Shown here: positions 49,938 to 59,245 of the stretch, one piece after another | Layout: each line of letters begins with the position of its first letter | Position numbering within the stretch: the stretch's first letter is position 1 | Assembly (NCBI GenBank): GCA_963668675.2 | Contig: CAXXMB010000002.1 | Coordinates: 352,001 to 416,000 of the forward strand | Direction: 5' to 3' | DNA: 64,000 nucleotides | Origin: an uncultured Desulfatitalea sp. | Lineage (GTDB): Bacteria; Desulfobacterota; Desulfobacteria; Desulfobacterales; Desulfosarcinaceae | Notes under the pieces: model-generated | The model's database searches: none | The model's input: only the letters and a program-made list of their open reading frames with translations | What the model was told of the DNA's origin: nothing | Program-made: the position numbers and the translations under genes

Positions 49938-52361
49938 ATGAAAGGACGATCCGCACTGGTTTTCGCATCGTTGATCACGTTCATGCTTTTTTTGTTAGGG
50001 AGTCATGGGGGCCAAAGCTGCTTTGCGGGGGAGCTCACCCTTTTAGGGCCCCAACGGTGCGAGCGAACCACGAAAAGGCCCATGAGTTACACTTTTCGTT
50101 TCTCATCCCTGGCCGAACAGGAGGGGCATGTACTGGGCACCCTGCTCATCTGGAATGGTGCGCCGAACTGGAAGCATCAGGTGACCAGCGCCACCATTTG
50201 GATCAACGGCAAAAAGGTGGTCGGCCCCAAAAATTTTCGTAAACATGTCGATGTCCTGCAGGTCCCGCTCGCCAACCTAAAATCGCGGAATAAGATGAAG
50301 GTGGTGGTGAGGGGCAAGCCCGGAAGTTACCTGACGCTGCAAGTTTCCGAAACCGGCCCGAAAGGCCCCTTGTTTTCAGGGCCCCACCAGTATCCGTTCG
50401 TTTGTCGAACCGAACAGTCAAACCTGGGGCAGCCGCTGATCGACAACTACAGTGGCGACGGCATCCCGGTTTTCGAGGAGGATGCCGACGGCAAAACCGA
50501 TGACATTGCAGGATACTGCAAAGATTGCAGCACAGTGACCCGGGTCGACTACTACTATCAATCGACAGATGGAAACTTCAAAGCGCTGGAACGGTTCGCC
50601 CCATATCCCGAGGATCTGGCCTTTACGACCACCAACATGGGATCCAGCGTTCCATACATTGTCCGTCTGGAGAGGGGGACCATCAACCGCTTCATATACG
50701 GCATCGCCATTCTCGACCCTTGGGACGGAGATGGCCGTCCGATCACTGCCTGGAATGGCAAACTGTTTTTTCGGTTCGATGGCGGCGTCGCCATCGGCCA
50801 TGACCAGGGCAGGTTGAGCATGGGCGACCCCTTGTACAATGAAGGACTCAAACGGGGCTACGCCATCGCTTACAGCACCGGCAATCGCACCGGCGTCCAC
50901 TACAACCTGGAGCTGGCCGGCGAAACCGCCATAATGGTAAAGAAGCATTTTGTACGCCGGTTCGGAAAGCCGGAATTCACCATGAGTATCGGCGGTTCGG
51001 GCGGCGCCATCCAGCAGTATGCCTTTGCCCAGAACCACCCGGGTCTTCTGGACGGCATCATCCCCCAGCGGTCGTACTCGGACATGATCACCCAGAGCAT
51101 CTACGTCGGCGACTGCATGCTCATGGAGTTTTACTTCGACGTCATCGCCCCCTCTCAGGGTGACTATATGTTCGGCGGATTCGCGGTCAATCCTTTAGAT
51201 GGCACCATCATGTATATAGGCTCTCCTGCAAACAGATCGCTGCTGGAAGGGCTGAGCACCAGCGATGTCGAGGAGCATCCCATTTATGGGGGGCCCGGCA
51301 GCACCGAGTGCGTCAATGGCTGGCTGGGATTGACGCCGTTGGTGATGAACCCGCTGTTTACGGATGTCAGCGGATTGGAACAGTTCTCCGACGAGGTGGT
51401 CCTGGATGTGAAATGGACGCACTGGGATGATCTGAAGAACATTTACGGCACCGATAAATATGGCTATGCTCCCAGCACATGGGACAATGTCGGCGTTCAG
51501 TACGGGTTGCAGGCACTGGTGGAGGGAACGATTTCCCTGCAGCAGTTTCTGGACATCAACGCGCAAATCGGCGGCTGGAAAAAGCCCGCAGATATGGTCC
51601 CCGAAGGGTACCCCTTTTCGCTATGGAATGAAATCCAGCACCTGGTCGGCCCGGAACCGGATCCGGCCGATTTCGATCCCTGGAGCATCCGCAACGCCAC
51701 GTTCACACCCTACGGCATCGCCCCGAGAACGAGCGGCGATATAAAGGCGATGAAGGCCGCGTATGAATCGGGCCATGTCTTTATCGGCCGCATCGATGTT
51801 CCCGTTCTCGATATCCGCGACTACCTCGATCCGGTGCTCGATATGCATCATGCCCAGCAATCCTTTGCCACACGCCAGCGGATCATCGATTACATGGGCG
51901 ATGCCGGCAACCAGGTGATCTGGATGAAAGATCGTGACTCCGCGTTCGACGCCAGCAGTGCGGCCATCGATGTAATGGATGCCTGGCTGACCAACATCAA
52001 GAACAACCCGGAACTTGACCTTGAAGCAAACAAACCTGCGGCAGCCGTGGACAAGTGCTATTTAGCCGATGAAACGGTATACGAAGGCCCGGACGTCTGG
52101 GACGGCATTATCGATGACAATGCCAACGGCGCTTGCACCGAGGCCTTTCACATGTATTCCACATCACGCATCGTCGCTGGCGGCGATATCAAGGGAGACA
52201 TTTTCAAATGCCACCTCATCCCCGTACAAGAAGCAATTGCTCATGGTTACTACGGCGACATAGAGATAGATGCCGCAACCCAAGCCCTTCTGGAAACGAT
52301 CTTCCCGGATGGCGTGTGCGACTATACCCAGGGCGATGTGGGGCGCCCGGAAGGCATGTAA
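49938..52361 (+). CDS. Large secreted DUF6351 / tannase-like alpha/beta hydrolase
   Basis: Signal peptide; PLFSGP.QYPFVC, YIVRLERGTINRFIY, WNGKL, GGSGGAIQQ nucleophile elbow, WDNVGVQYGL, IFPDGVCDY. Confidence 0.82.
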   Translation: MKGRSALVFASLITFMLFLLGSHGGQSCFAGELTLLGPQRCERTTKRPMSYTFRFSSLAEQEGHVLGTLLIWNGAPNWKHQVTSATIWINGKKVVGPKNFRKHVDVLQVPLANLKSRNKMKVVVRGKPGSYLTLQVSETGPKGPLFSGPHQYPFVCRTEQSNLGQPLIDNYSGDGIPVFEEDADGKTDDIAGYCKDCSTVTRVDYYYQSTDGNFKALERFAPYPEDLAFTTTNMGSSVPYIVRLERGTINRFIYGIAILDPWDGDGRPITAWNGKLFFRFDGGVAIGHDQGRLSMGDPLYNEGLKRGYAIAYSTGNRTGVHYNLELAGETAIMVKKHFVRRFGKPEFTMSIGGSGGAIQQYAFAQNHPGLLDGIIPQRSYSDMITQSIYVGDCMLMEFYFDVIAPSQGDYMFGGFAVNPLDGTIMYIGSPANRSLLEGLSTSDVEEHPIYGGPGSTECVNGWLGLTPLVMNPLFTDVSGLEQFSDEVVLDVKWTHWDDLKNIYGTDKYGYAPSTWDNVGVQYGLQALVEGTISLQQFLDINAQIGGWKKPADMVPEGYPFSLWNEIQHLVGPEPDPADFDPWSIRNATFTPYGIAPRTSGDIKAMKAAYESGHVFIGRIDVPVLDIRDYLDPVLDMHHAQQSFATRQRIIDYMGDAGNQVIWMKDRDSAFDASSAAIDVMDAWLTNIKNNPELDLEANKPAAAVDKCYLADETVYEGPDVWDGIIDDNANGACTEAFHMYSTSRIVAGGDIKGDIFKCHLIPVQEAIAHGYYGDIEIDAATQALLETIFPDGVCDYTQGDVGRPEGM

Positions 52362-52441
52362 AACACAGCACGGAAAAATTGAGATAGGCGCCGTCAGATC
52401 TGCTTGGCTCTCGCAAGGCCTTGACAGAAATCCTGAAAAAG

Positions 52442-52480
52442 AGAGGGGAACAGCAAGATATGGATGCTGTTCCCCTCTTT
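52442..52480. terminator. Bidirectional terminator between convergent genes
   Basis: 14-bp stem AGAGGGGAACAGCA / TGCTGTTCCCCTCT with an A-run on the left and T-run on the right. Confidence 0.75.
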
Positions 52481-52504
52481 GAAATGATTCAATGCCTGCT
52501 GAAT

Positions 52505-53647
52505 TCAGTTGAACCGACCCGCCGCTGCCCTCCCCGACCCCGCAAATCCCCCCGGCGATAAACCGTCATCACCAAACGGCCGAATCCGTTCCGCAATGCG
52601 GCCACTCTCCACGAGCTCGGCCAGCTCATCGGCCAATTGCCGGCTTTTGCGGGAAACCGTCTGCCAGTAACCGATGCGGCCATCGTCGTCCCCGAAGAAT
52701 TGCCAAAAATCGTTCCGGTCGGGGATTTTCCCGAACGGCAGATCGGCCACGAACGCCCGGGAGGGAGAGACCATGAGCACATGGGCCATGTGGTCGGGGT
52801 GCGGCTTGCGCCAGGTCAACCGTTTATCGAACCAACCTGGGATGATGCGATCCGTGTAGTGGGGAAAAAGCACAAGGCCGTCGCCCTTGAGGCCGAACGG
52901 GATATCCAGGTGATAGTCGACGATGCCCCCGTCCCGATAGGCTCCCTTCTCGGCGCCGGGGATATCGCTCACCCGATTCATGACCAGGGGAATGGATCCC
53001 GAGGCCAGCAGGGCCTGGCGGAAATTGTCGCCGGTCAACTTGACCCGTCGGGGGGAGAATCCATCTCCCTTTTGGAAAGGCGGAGCACTACGTGAATCGG
53101 AAAAGAGGGTCTGCTGAAAAAAGAGGGACAGGAGCCGCCGCCGGCAAAGATTGGCCAGGGCCGCGCCGGCCAGCCCCGCCGCCAGGGGGAGTTTGGCGTC
53201 GGAAGCCAGCAGCCCGTTGCAGCGCACGCTAAACAGATTGAGCCGCAAAAAGGGGTGGGCCAGGATCTCCCGGATGCCGTCATCGTCCAGAAAATCGTCC
53301 ATGATCTTTTGGCTTTCCCGGCTGACTTCTCCGGCTGTGGGCTTGGATTCATAGCGCTGATGGGTGTAGGCGGCTTCAAATCGATCCAGGGCCTCCAGAG
53401 GCTGCCGGCGGGAGAGGGCCGCGAATCGCCATGCACCGATGGAAGAGCCCACCAGAAACAATGGGGCGGTGCGATCCGGAAACCAGGAGCCGAAGATCAT
53501 GCGGTCCAGGCCGCTGAGCACCAGCCATTTGGGGCCGCCGGCGGCACCGGCGACCACCCGGATATCCTGGGGTCTGAGTCCCCGTTCCTGTATGATGCGC
53601 ATGGCGGCGGGGCCGGCCTGGAGGGTCAGTGCTGAGTGTGTCGGCAT
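52505..53647 (-). CDS. Patatin-like phospholipase family protein
   Basis: GAAGGPKWL, GSSIG (GxSxG), ASGSIP, YRDGG. Confidence 0.85.
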   Translation of the reverse strand: MPTHSALTLQAGPAAMRIIQERGLRPQDIRVVAGAAGGPKWLVLSGLDRMIFGSWFPDRTAPLFLVGSSIGAWRFAALSRRQPLEALDRFEAAYTHQRYESKPTAGEVSRESQKIMDDFLDDDGIREILAHPFLRLNLFSVRCNGLLASDAKLPLAAGLAGAALANLCRRRLLSLFFQQTLFSDSRSAPPFQKGDGFSPRRVKLTGDNFRQALLASGSIPLVMNRVSDIPGAEKGAYRDGGIVDYHLDIPFGLKGDGLVLFPHYTDRIIPGWFDKRLTWRKPHPDHMAHVLMVSPSRAFVADLPFGKIPDRNDFWQFFGDDDGRIGYWQTVSRKSRQLADELAELVESGRIAERIRPFGDDGLSPGGFAGSGRAAAGRFN

Positions 53648-53907
53648 TTCGGAAGACTCCTGAAATAAGGCAATCGATCGTTTAACGTTTCCAGAAGTCC
53701 TACCTTATTTTCACCATGAAGAAAAGAAGAACACTGAGAAGAAAATCAGGCTTTTTCGGCAATCCGCCAAGCTCAAGTACCAGAAAAATATGTAAGATTG
53801 CCCTGTCTCGGCAATTTGATCCTTCAACCAAACAGTTATGGCTCACCGAATATGTCCCCCGTTGAAAAAGAAGGGGGCAGCCGGGTACCTGAATAGGGTT
53901 TTCGAAG

Positions 53908-54034
53908 GTATTGACCCGGCCATAAGAGAGACCCACCTCCGTCATCCCGGCCTTGATCCGGGTTCTACTGAAAGCCTGGATACCAGTTTTCGCAGGAATG
54001 ACGATTCTAAGTGTATTCAGTTGCGGGGTGAATC
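53908..54034. repeat. Degenerate copy of miniature element family B
   Basis: GTATTGACCCGGCCATAA resembles the family-B left end. Internal GTCATCCCGGCCTTGATCCGGG...GGAATGACG. Right end TTGCGGGGTGAAT is decayed. Confidence 0.5.
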
Positions 54035-54038
54035 ACCA

Positions 54039-55436
54039 TCACACCCGCAGTTCTCCCTGAAGGCGCACCTGATCCTCGATGACGAAGGGCATTTCGCCGG
54101 AGTTGATCAGAGCGACGCGTCCCTCCAGTTTGACATTGCTGCCGAAGTTGAAATCGCCCTTGACCTGCAGGGAGTTGCAGCCGACCAGCGAGGGAGGTCC
54201 AAAGGGAAAACGGCTTTCGAAGTCGTCGATGCGTTTGTAATACCCCATGTCCAGATCGATACTCAGCTTGTCCATGTGGCACTCCGGGTTGGGTACCACG
54301 TGATACTGATCGGTCAGGGTGTAGCAATCGGAACGCACCGCCAGCAGGTCGTTGGTGCTCTTGACCGGGGCAAAGCGGGTGCGCGGCACCCGGATGGCTC
54401 CGGCCTGGGGAAATACCGAGATGGCCGAACCCATGGCCGTTTCGATCTGAATGACGGGGGTCGAACCGGAATGACGGGGGTCGATGCTCTTTTTGTTCTT
54501 AATCATCGGCAGGGGCAACATGCCCTCGCTGCGTGCCATCACCCGCTTCAGCGTCGGCAGGTGCAGCCAGATGTTGTTGGTGTTGAAGTAGCGGTGACGT
54601 TTGATGTCCTGGAAGGCCTGCATGTCCTCGTCGGCGCACTGGGCCACCTCGCGCAACAGATAGCAGCCCGACTTGTTCTGGGCCAGGTGACCGCCCTTTT
54701 TATCCTGGGGAGTGCGATCTGCCACTTCCATCATGAATGCGAGCCTTTTTTTCACGAAGTAACCTAGTATGGCCGGATCGACCACCGCGCCCAAGTTGTC
54801 TGCATTGGAGATAAAGGCGTACTCATATCTGGCAGCCAAAAGCCGGTCGAGGATGTTGCTGGTGACCAGTGCCGCGTAGATATCTCCGTGACCAGGCGGG
54901 CACCATTCCAGGTGCGGGTTCTCCGGCCAGGTGGCCAGGCTCAGGTCCTCGGCATTCACCTTTGGGATTTTGTGCTGCAAAAAATCGTTGGGGATGTCGC
55001 TTCGCAACTCAGGGTACTGTTCGAGCACCGCCATGGTGTCCGCATGGGTCGAAAAGCTGTTCATGAAAAGCACCGGCATGCGTTCGTTCAGGAAGCTCGC
55101 CTGGCGCACGATGATATCCATAAAGGAGAGCGAAGACTTGACCCGCAACAGCGACTTAGCCCCCTTCATGCCCATGCTCGTTCCCAACCCCCCGTTTAGC
55201 TTGATGATGGCTGTGCGGGGAATATGCTGCTCCCCGATGCCGGTGTACTTCGACGGCAGCGCCTCGGCAGCGTCCATGTCGGTCACAGGAACGATGTCGC
55301 TCTCAGAAATCAGACCGGTATCGCCGTCCCACAATTTGCGATAGTAGCGGCAGAAGCTAGCGATCACCACTTCCGGAAGTTGCTCTCTGCGCATGTGACG
55401 CACGAACGAATTGATCCGTTTGCTGTACAACGACAT
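54039..55436 (-). CDS. UTP--glucose-1-phosphate uridylyltransferase, eukaryote/UDPGP type
   Basis: KLNGGLGTSMG..GAKS, MNSFST, WCPPGHGDIY, SNADNLG, KGGHL, FNTNN, ETAMG, RFAPVK; AAGGAG RBS. Confidence 0.93.
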   Translation of the reverse strand: MSLYSKRINSFVRHMRREQLPEVVIASFCRYYRKLWDGDTGLISESDIVPVTDMDAAEALPSKYTGIGEQHIPRTAIIKLNGGLGTSMGMKGAKSLLRVKSSLSFMDIIVRQASFLNERMPVLFMNSFSTHADTMAVLEQYPELRSDIPNDFLQHKIPKVNAEDLSLATWPENPHLEWCPPGHGDIYAALVTSNILDRLLAARYEYAFISNADNLGAVVDPAILGYFVKKRLAFMMEVADRTPQDKKGGHLAQNKSGCYLLREVAQCADEDMQAFQDIKRHRYFNTNNIWLHLPTLKRVMARSEGMLPLPMIKNKKSIDPRHSGSTPVIQIETAMGSAISVFPQAGAIRVPRTRFAPVKSTNDLLAVRSDCYTLTDQYHVVPNPECHMDKLSIDLDMGYYKRIDDFESRFPFGPPSLVGCNSLQVKGDFNFGSNVKLEGRVALINSGEMPFVIEDQVRLQGELRV

Positions 55437-55478
55437 GGCATATTCTCCTTTTTTAAGTCTTCTTTGGGAGTTTCTAAT

Positions 55479-55636
55479 CATTGTCATTAACTTAAGGCTC
55501 TTCAGCTACCGATCCGGGCGGGCATAAAGCCCGCCCCTACACGGTTCGTGTATGGAAACAGAATGTGTTTCTACTCAAACGTCGTAGGGGCGGGCTTTAT
55601 GCCCGCCCGTTACATCCGCTTAAGTTGATGACATTG
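55479..55636. mobile_element. Miniature element family A copy 2 (158 bp, IS4/IS231-like ends, internal GTAG-REP doublet)
   Basis: Ends CATTGTCATTAACTTAAG / CTTAAGTTGATGACATTG (16/18). Perfect 25-bp inverted REPs at 55516-55540 and 55584-55608. Flanked by AGTTTCTAAT / AGTATCTAAT (9/10 direct repeat). Confidence 0.8.
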
Positions 55637-55940
55637 AGTATCTAATCAAGAGTTGTGCCAACACTGTTTTGAGGCGAGAATAGCATTCAAAGCAGGGGGT
55701 GCCTATGGCCCCGGTGCAGCGGTGCGAAGTATGGTGTGGGAAGCCGTTTGGCACTCTTTCGGTGGAATTGAGGAGGAGCCTACCAAAGCGTCAATTCGAT
55801 ACTTTTTTGTCATTTGTTGTATTCAGTACTACATTTTTGTAAATTTTTATACCATATGGGCGGCAGCATAAAACCATGGACTTCCCTGTTGTTTCCTGCC
55901 AAAACACCACCTAAAATTTTAATTGGATCGGTGAGCGTAT

Positions 55941-57149
55941 ATGGCTATGAATGCAAAAAACAGGGGGCCGGGTTTCATTGAATTTATTCTGCTGATGGCG
56001 GCACTCATGTCTATGACGGCGCTATCCATCGACACCATGCTTCCGGCGTTGCCGGACATCGGCAAAGATCTTGGGGTGGCGCACGCCAATGACGTTCAAC
56101 TCGTCATTTCAACACTCATTCTGGGCTTGAGCCTGGGACAGCTTGCTTTCGGTCCTCTATCGGACAGTGCGGGACGCAAACCGGCGCTCATCGCCGGTGC
56201 GCTCCTTTTTATCGTCGGCTGTGTGTTGTGTCTGATCAGCAACCGATTTGGGGTCATGCTGATCGGGCGGGTGATCCAGGGCATCGGCGTAGCCGGGCCG
56301 CGCTCGGTGGTGGTGGCGTTGATCCGGGACCGCTTCGAAGGACGCACCATGGCCAAAGCGATGTCGAGTATCATGTCGATCTTTATCGTGATCCCGGCCA
56401 TTGCACCCTCATTTGGACAGGGAATTCTGATGGTGGCCGACTGGCGCTCGATCTTCGGCACGCTCCTGGGCATGGCGGTGCTGGTCACGGTCTGGTTTGG
56501 TTGGCGACAGCCGGAAACATTGATGCCCGCCGATCGGATCCCCTTTTCCGCCAAACGCATTGCCCGGGCGTTCGGGGAGGTGTGCCGTAACCGGGTGGCG
56601 CTGGGCTACACCCTGGTGGCCGGGCTGATCATGGGTTCGTTTTTCGCCTACCTCAACTCCGCTCAGCAGATTTTTCAGGAGATATACAGGCTTGGGAACC
56701 GTTTTCCGATCTATTTCGGCGTACTGGCCCTTTCGCTGGGGTGCGCCTCTTTTCTCAACGCACGCATCGTCATGCGCTTTGGCACACGTAAAATTACGCG
56801 GGGGGCACTAAAGACACTGGTCGTGCTTTCGATGGTCCACCTGGCGGTGCTTTACTGGACTGGTGGTTACTCGCCATTGTGGGTGATGATGCTCTGCCTG
56901 ATGGTGACCTTTTTCTGTATTGGCTTTCTGTTCGGCAACCTCAATGCCATTGCCATGAAGCCCATGGGGCACATTGCCGGAACCGCGTCGGCCGTGGTGG
57001 GATCGCTCTCCGCCTTTATGGCTGTGCCCTTGGCCGCGTTCATCGGCAGATGCTACAACGGAACCATACTGCCGATGATCGGCGGGTTTGCCGTTCTGAG
57101 CCTGCTGTCACTGATCGTTATCCATTGGGCGGACAAATCAAAAACGTGA
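55941..57149 (+). CDS. Bcr/CflA-family multidrug MFS transporter
   Basis: LSIDTMLPALP, FGPLSDSAGRKP, GRVIQG, IRDRFEG..MA, 12 TM, AGTASA. Confidence 0.92.
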   Translation: MAMNAKNRGPGFIEFILLMAALMSMTALSIDTMLPALPDIGKDLGVAHANDVQLVISTLILGLSLGQLAFGPLSDSAGRKPALIAGALLFIVGCVLCLISNRFGVMLIGRVIQGIGVAGPRSVVVALIRDRFEGRTMAKAMSSIMSIFIVIPAIAPSFGQGILMVADWRSIFGTLLGMAVLVTVWFGWRQPETLMPADRIPFSAKRIARAFGEVCRNRVALGYTLVAGLIMGSFFAYLNSAQQIFQEIYRLGNRFPIYFGVLALSLGCASFLNARIVMRFGTRKITRGALKTLVVLSMVHLAVLYWTGGYSPLWVMMLCLMVTFFCIGFLFGNLNAIAMKPMGHIAGTASAVVGSLSAFMAVPLAAFIGRCYNGTILPMIGGFAVLSLLSLIVIHWADKSKT

Positions 57150-57227
57150 GTTGACGCGTCAACTGACCACCTGCAGCGAATAATTATTCTATCTTCACCG
57201 TTTCTTTATACGATCTTTATCAACAGG

Positions 57228-57333
57228 GGTTATCCTGCAGCTCCTGCCACGTAGGGGCAGCAAGAGCACCGGGTTGACACCCGGCACGGGCGTCTCAATC
57301 TTTTAGAGACCGGTGCTGCAGAAAGGGGTAGCC
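57228..57333 (+). promoter_or_regulatory. Candidate structured 5' leader RNA (three hairpins on a closing stem that covers the RBS)
   Basis: GGTTATCC/GGGTAGCC plus TGCAGC/GCTGCA closing stem; hairpins CTGCC/GGCAG, CCGGGT/ACCCGG and GTCTC/GAGAC. Confidence 0.45.
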
Positions 57334-58137
57334 ATGAACCATTTTGCGCTTTTGATTCTCGTTCCTTTGGCCTTGTTGAACGCCACCACAGCGGGAAAGG
57401 CAGAGACACTAAAAATGAGCGGCGGCCCGACGTGTGCCTTGCCACAAAAGGAGAGTGCCATGCTAGTGAATGACGTTATAACCACCGAGGATGCGACCAT
57501 ACCGCCCATCGACCGGGCGGCCCCCGATACATTCGAAACCGCTGCCTTCGGCCTGGGCTGATTCTGGGGTGTTGAAGCCCAGTTCGGGCTGATCGATGGC
57601 ATCATCCGCACCCGTGTAGGCTACGCCGGCGGCACCACCCCCAGCCCCGATTATGGCCACATTGGCGATCACACCGAGACCGTGCAGGTCGACTATGATC
57701 CGAAGCGCATCTCCTATGCGGAGCTTCTGGCCATCTTCTGGAAAAGTCATAACCCCACCAGCCGAACATGGCTGCGTCAGTATCGTAATGCGGTTTTTTA
57801 TCACGATGACGATCAGCGTCGTCAGGCATTGGAGAGCAAGGCGGCACTGGAAGAAAAACTCGGGGAAAAAGTACACAGTGAAATCGTTCCTTTGAAAAGC
57901 TTCACCTGGGCCGAGGCGTACCACCAGAAATACCTGCTGAAATCCAAACACGAACTGGTACGCGAGATGAAGCGGATCTATCCGCATCAAAGGAATTTCG
58001 ACAACTCCACCGCCGTGGCAAGACTCAATGGCTACGCGGGCGGCAACGGCAGCCGTCGACAGCTCAGCAGGGAAATCGATCAACTTGGTTTGAACGAACG
58101 GGGCCAAGAACGCCTGATGCACCTGGTCCGCCCTTGA
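57334..58137 (+). CDS. msrA: Selenocysteine-containing peptide-methionine (S)-S-oxide reductase, probably exported
   Basis: ORFs 57313..57561 and 57682..58137 share a frame. TGA 57559-57561 falls exactly at the catalytic position: TAAFGLG-U-FWGVEAQF..RTRVGYAGG..HTETVQVDYDP..AEAYHQKY. N-terminal signal-like MNHFALLILVPLALLNA. Confidence 0.9.
57576..57590 (+). promoter_or_regulatory. Candidate bacterial SECIS hairpin
   Basis: AGCCC-AGTTC-GGGCT stem-loop with the loop about 20 nt after the UGA and G-U near the loop start. Confidence 0.55.
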
Positions 58138-58238
58138 GAGTGCTGCCCCAGTGCCTTCAGCAGCAATTATCTTACTTCAATTCGACGACTTAAGTTGATA
58201 TCGCCCAGGTATTCATAAGCGAGACAAAAGGAGCTGCT

Positions 58239-59132
58239 ATGCAAGACAAACAAACCATCGGATTCATCGGAACCGGAATGCTCGGCGCCCCCATGGTCGA
58301 AAACCTGTTGACCGACGGCTTCCAGCTGCGGATCTACAACCGCGACAAGGGCAAGTGCGCATCGCTGATCAGCGCCGGTGCCCTGGCGGTTGAACAGCCC
58401 TGGGAGGTGGCCGAACCGGCCGGCCTGGTGCTCAGCTGCGTCTCCGACGACCCGGCCCTCGAAGCAGTGGTGGGACCGGAGGCAGAGTTGGCTCAGCGTC
58501 TGGGCTCGGGCGGCGTCCATGTCTCCATGAGCACCATCCTGCCGCGCACGGCCACGCGACTTGCTTTACAGCAAAACGGCTTTAACGGATATTATGTGGC
58601 CGCACCGGTCATGGGTCGACCCGATGCCGTGCGGGCACGCAAACAAACGTACTTCGTCGCCGGCCGGCCCGAGGGAAAGGCGCGCGCAGTTCCCGTGCTG
58701 GAGCGCCTCGGCCTGCGCGTCTACGACTTCGGCGAAGAGCCGGCCCAGGCCAATGTGGCCAAACTGGGCGCCAACTTTCTCATCGCCGCCGCCATCGAAA
58801 GCATGGCCGAAGCCGCCACCTTCGTGAGCAAAAACGGAGGTGATCCCAACATCATGATGAACGCCCTGGCCCAGACGATCTTTGCCTGCCCGGTCTACCA
58901 GAATTACGGACGCCAGATCCTGGAAGGGAAGTTTAGCCCGCCCCTCTTCAAACTCCCCCTGGGCCTCAAAGATGTCCGTCTGATCAAGACCACCGCCGCC
59001 GAAGCGACCGTCCCCATGCGATTTGGCGAAGTGCTTGAGAGCCGTTTCCTGTCCGCCATGGCCCACGGCCGCAGCGAACAGGACTGGACCGCCATCGCCG
59101 CCGAAGTGCGCGCCGAAGCAGGCTTGGCGTGA
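58239..59132 (+). CDS. NAD(P)-dependent oxidoreductase (3-hydroxyisobutyrate/6-phosphogluconate DH family)
   Basis: IGFIGTGMLG, YNR, SMSTI, APVMG, KLGAN..E, LKD. Confidence 0.9.
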   Translation: MQDKQTIGFIGTGMLGAPMVENLLTDGFQLRIYNRDKGKCASLISAGALAVEQPWEVAEPAGLVLSCVSDDPALEAVVGPEAELAQRLGSGGVHVSMSTILPRTATRLALQQNGFNGYYVAAPVMGRPDAVRARKQTYFVAGRPEGKARAVPVLERLGLRVYDFGEEPAQANVAKLGANFLIAAAIESMAEAATFVSKNGGDPNIMMNALAQTIFACPVYQNYGRQILEGKFSPPLFKLPLGLKDVRLIKTTAAEATVPMRFGEVLESRFLSAMAHGRSEQDWTAIAAEVRAEAGLA

Positions 59133-59245
59133 TGGCATCGCCATCGGGTGATCTTCAGCCCTTGACCTTACGTGCTTCGCTCTATAACAAAGGTGTTTTA
59201 CTTGGGCCCGAGCCCATAAGCTGAAGTACAGGTGGGAGGAACGCG

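Noticed and set aside
48564..55636. Composite transposon bounded by the two family-A elements
   Set aside because: Each copy has its own matching flanking repeat, which indicates independent insertions.
57313..57561. msrA as a nonsense pseudogene or two separate ORFs
   Set aside because: The only stop is UGA exactly at the catalytic Cys codon with a hairpin downstream; Sec recoding is more parsimonious.
58188..58203. CTTAAGTTGAT fragment matching the family-A end
   Set aside because: Only 11 nt match, with no partner end or REP; insufficient to call an element.
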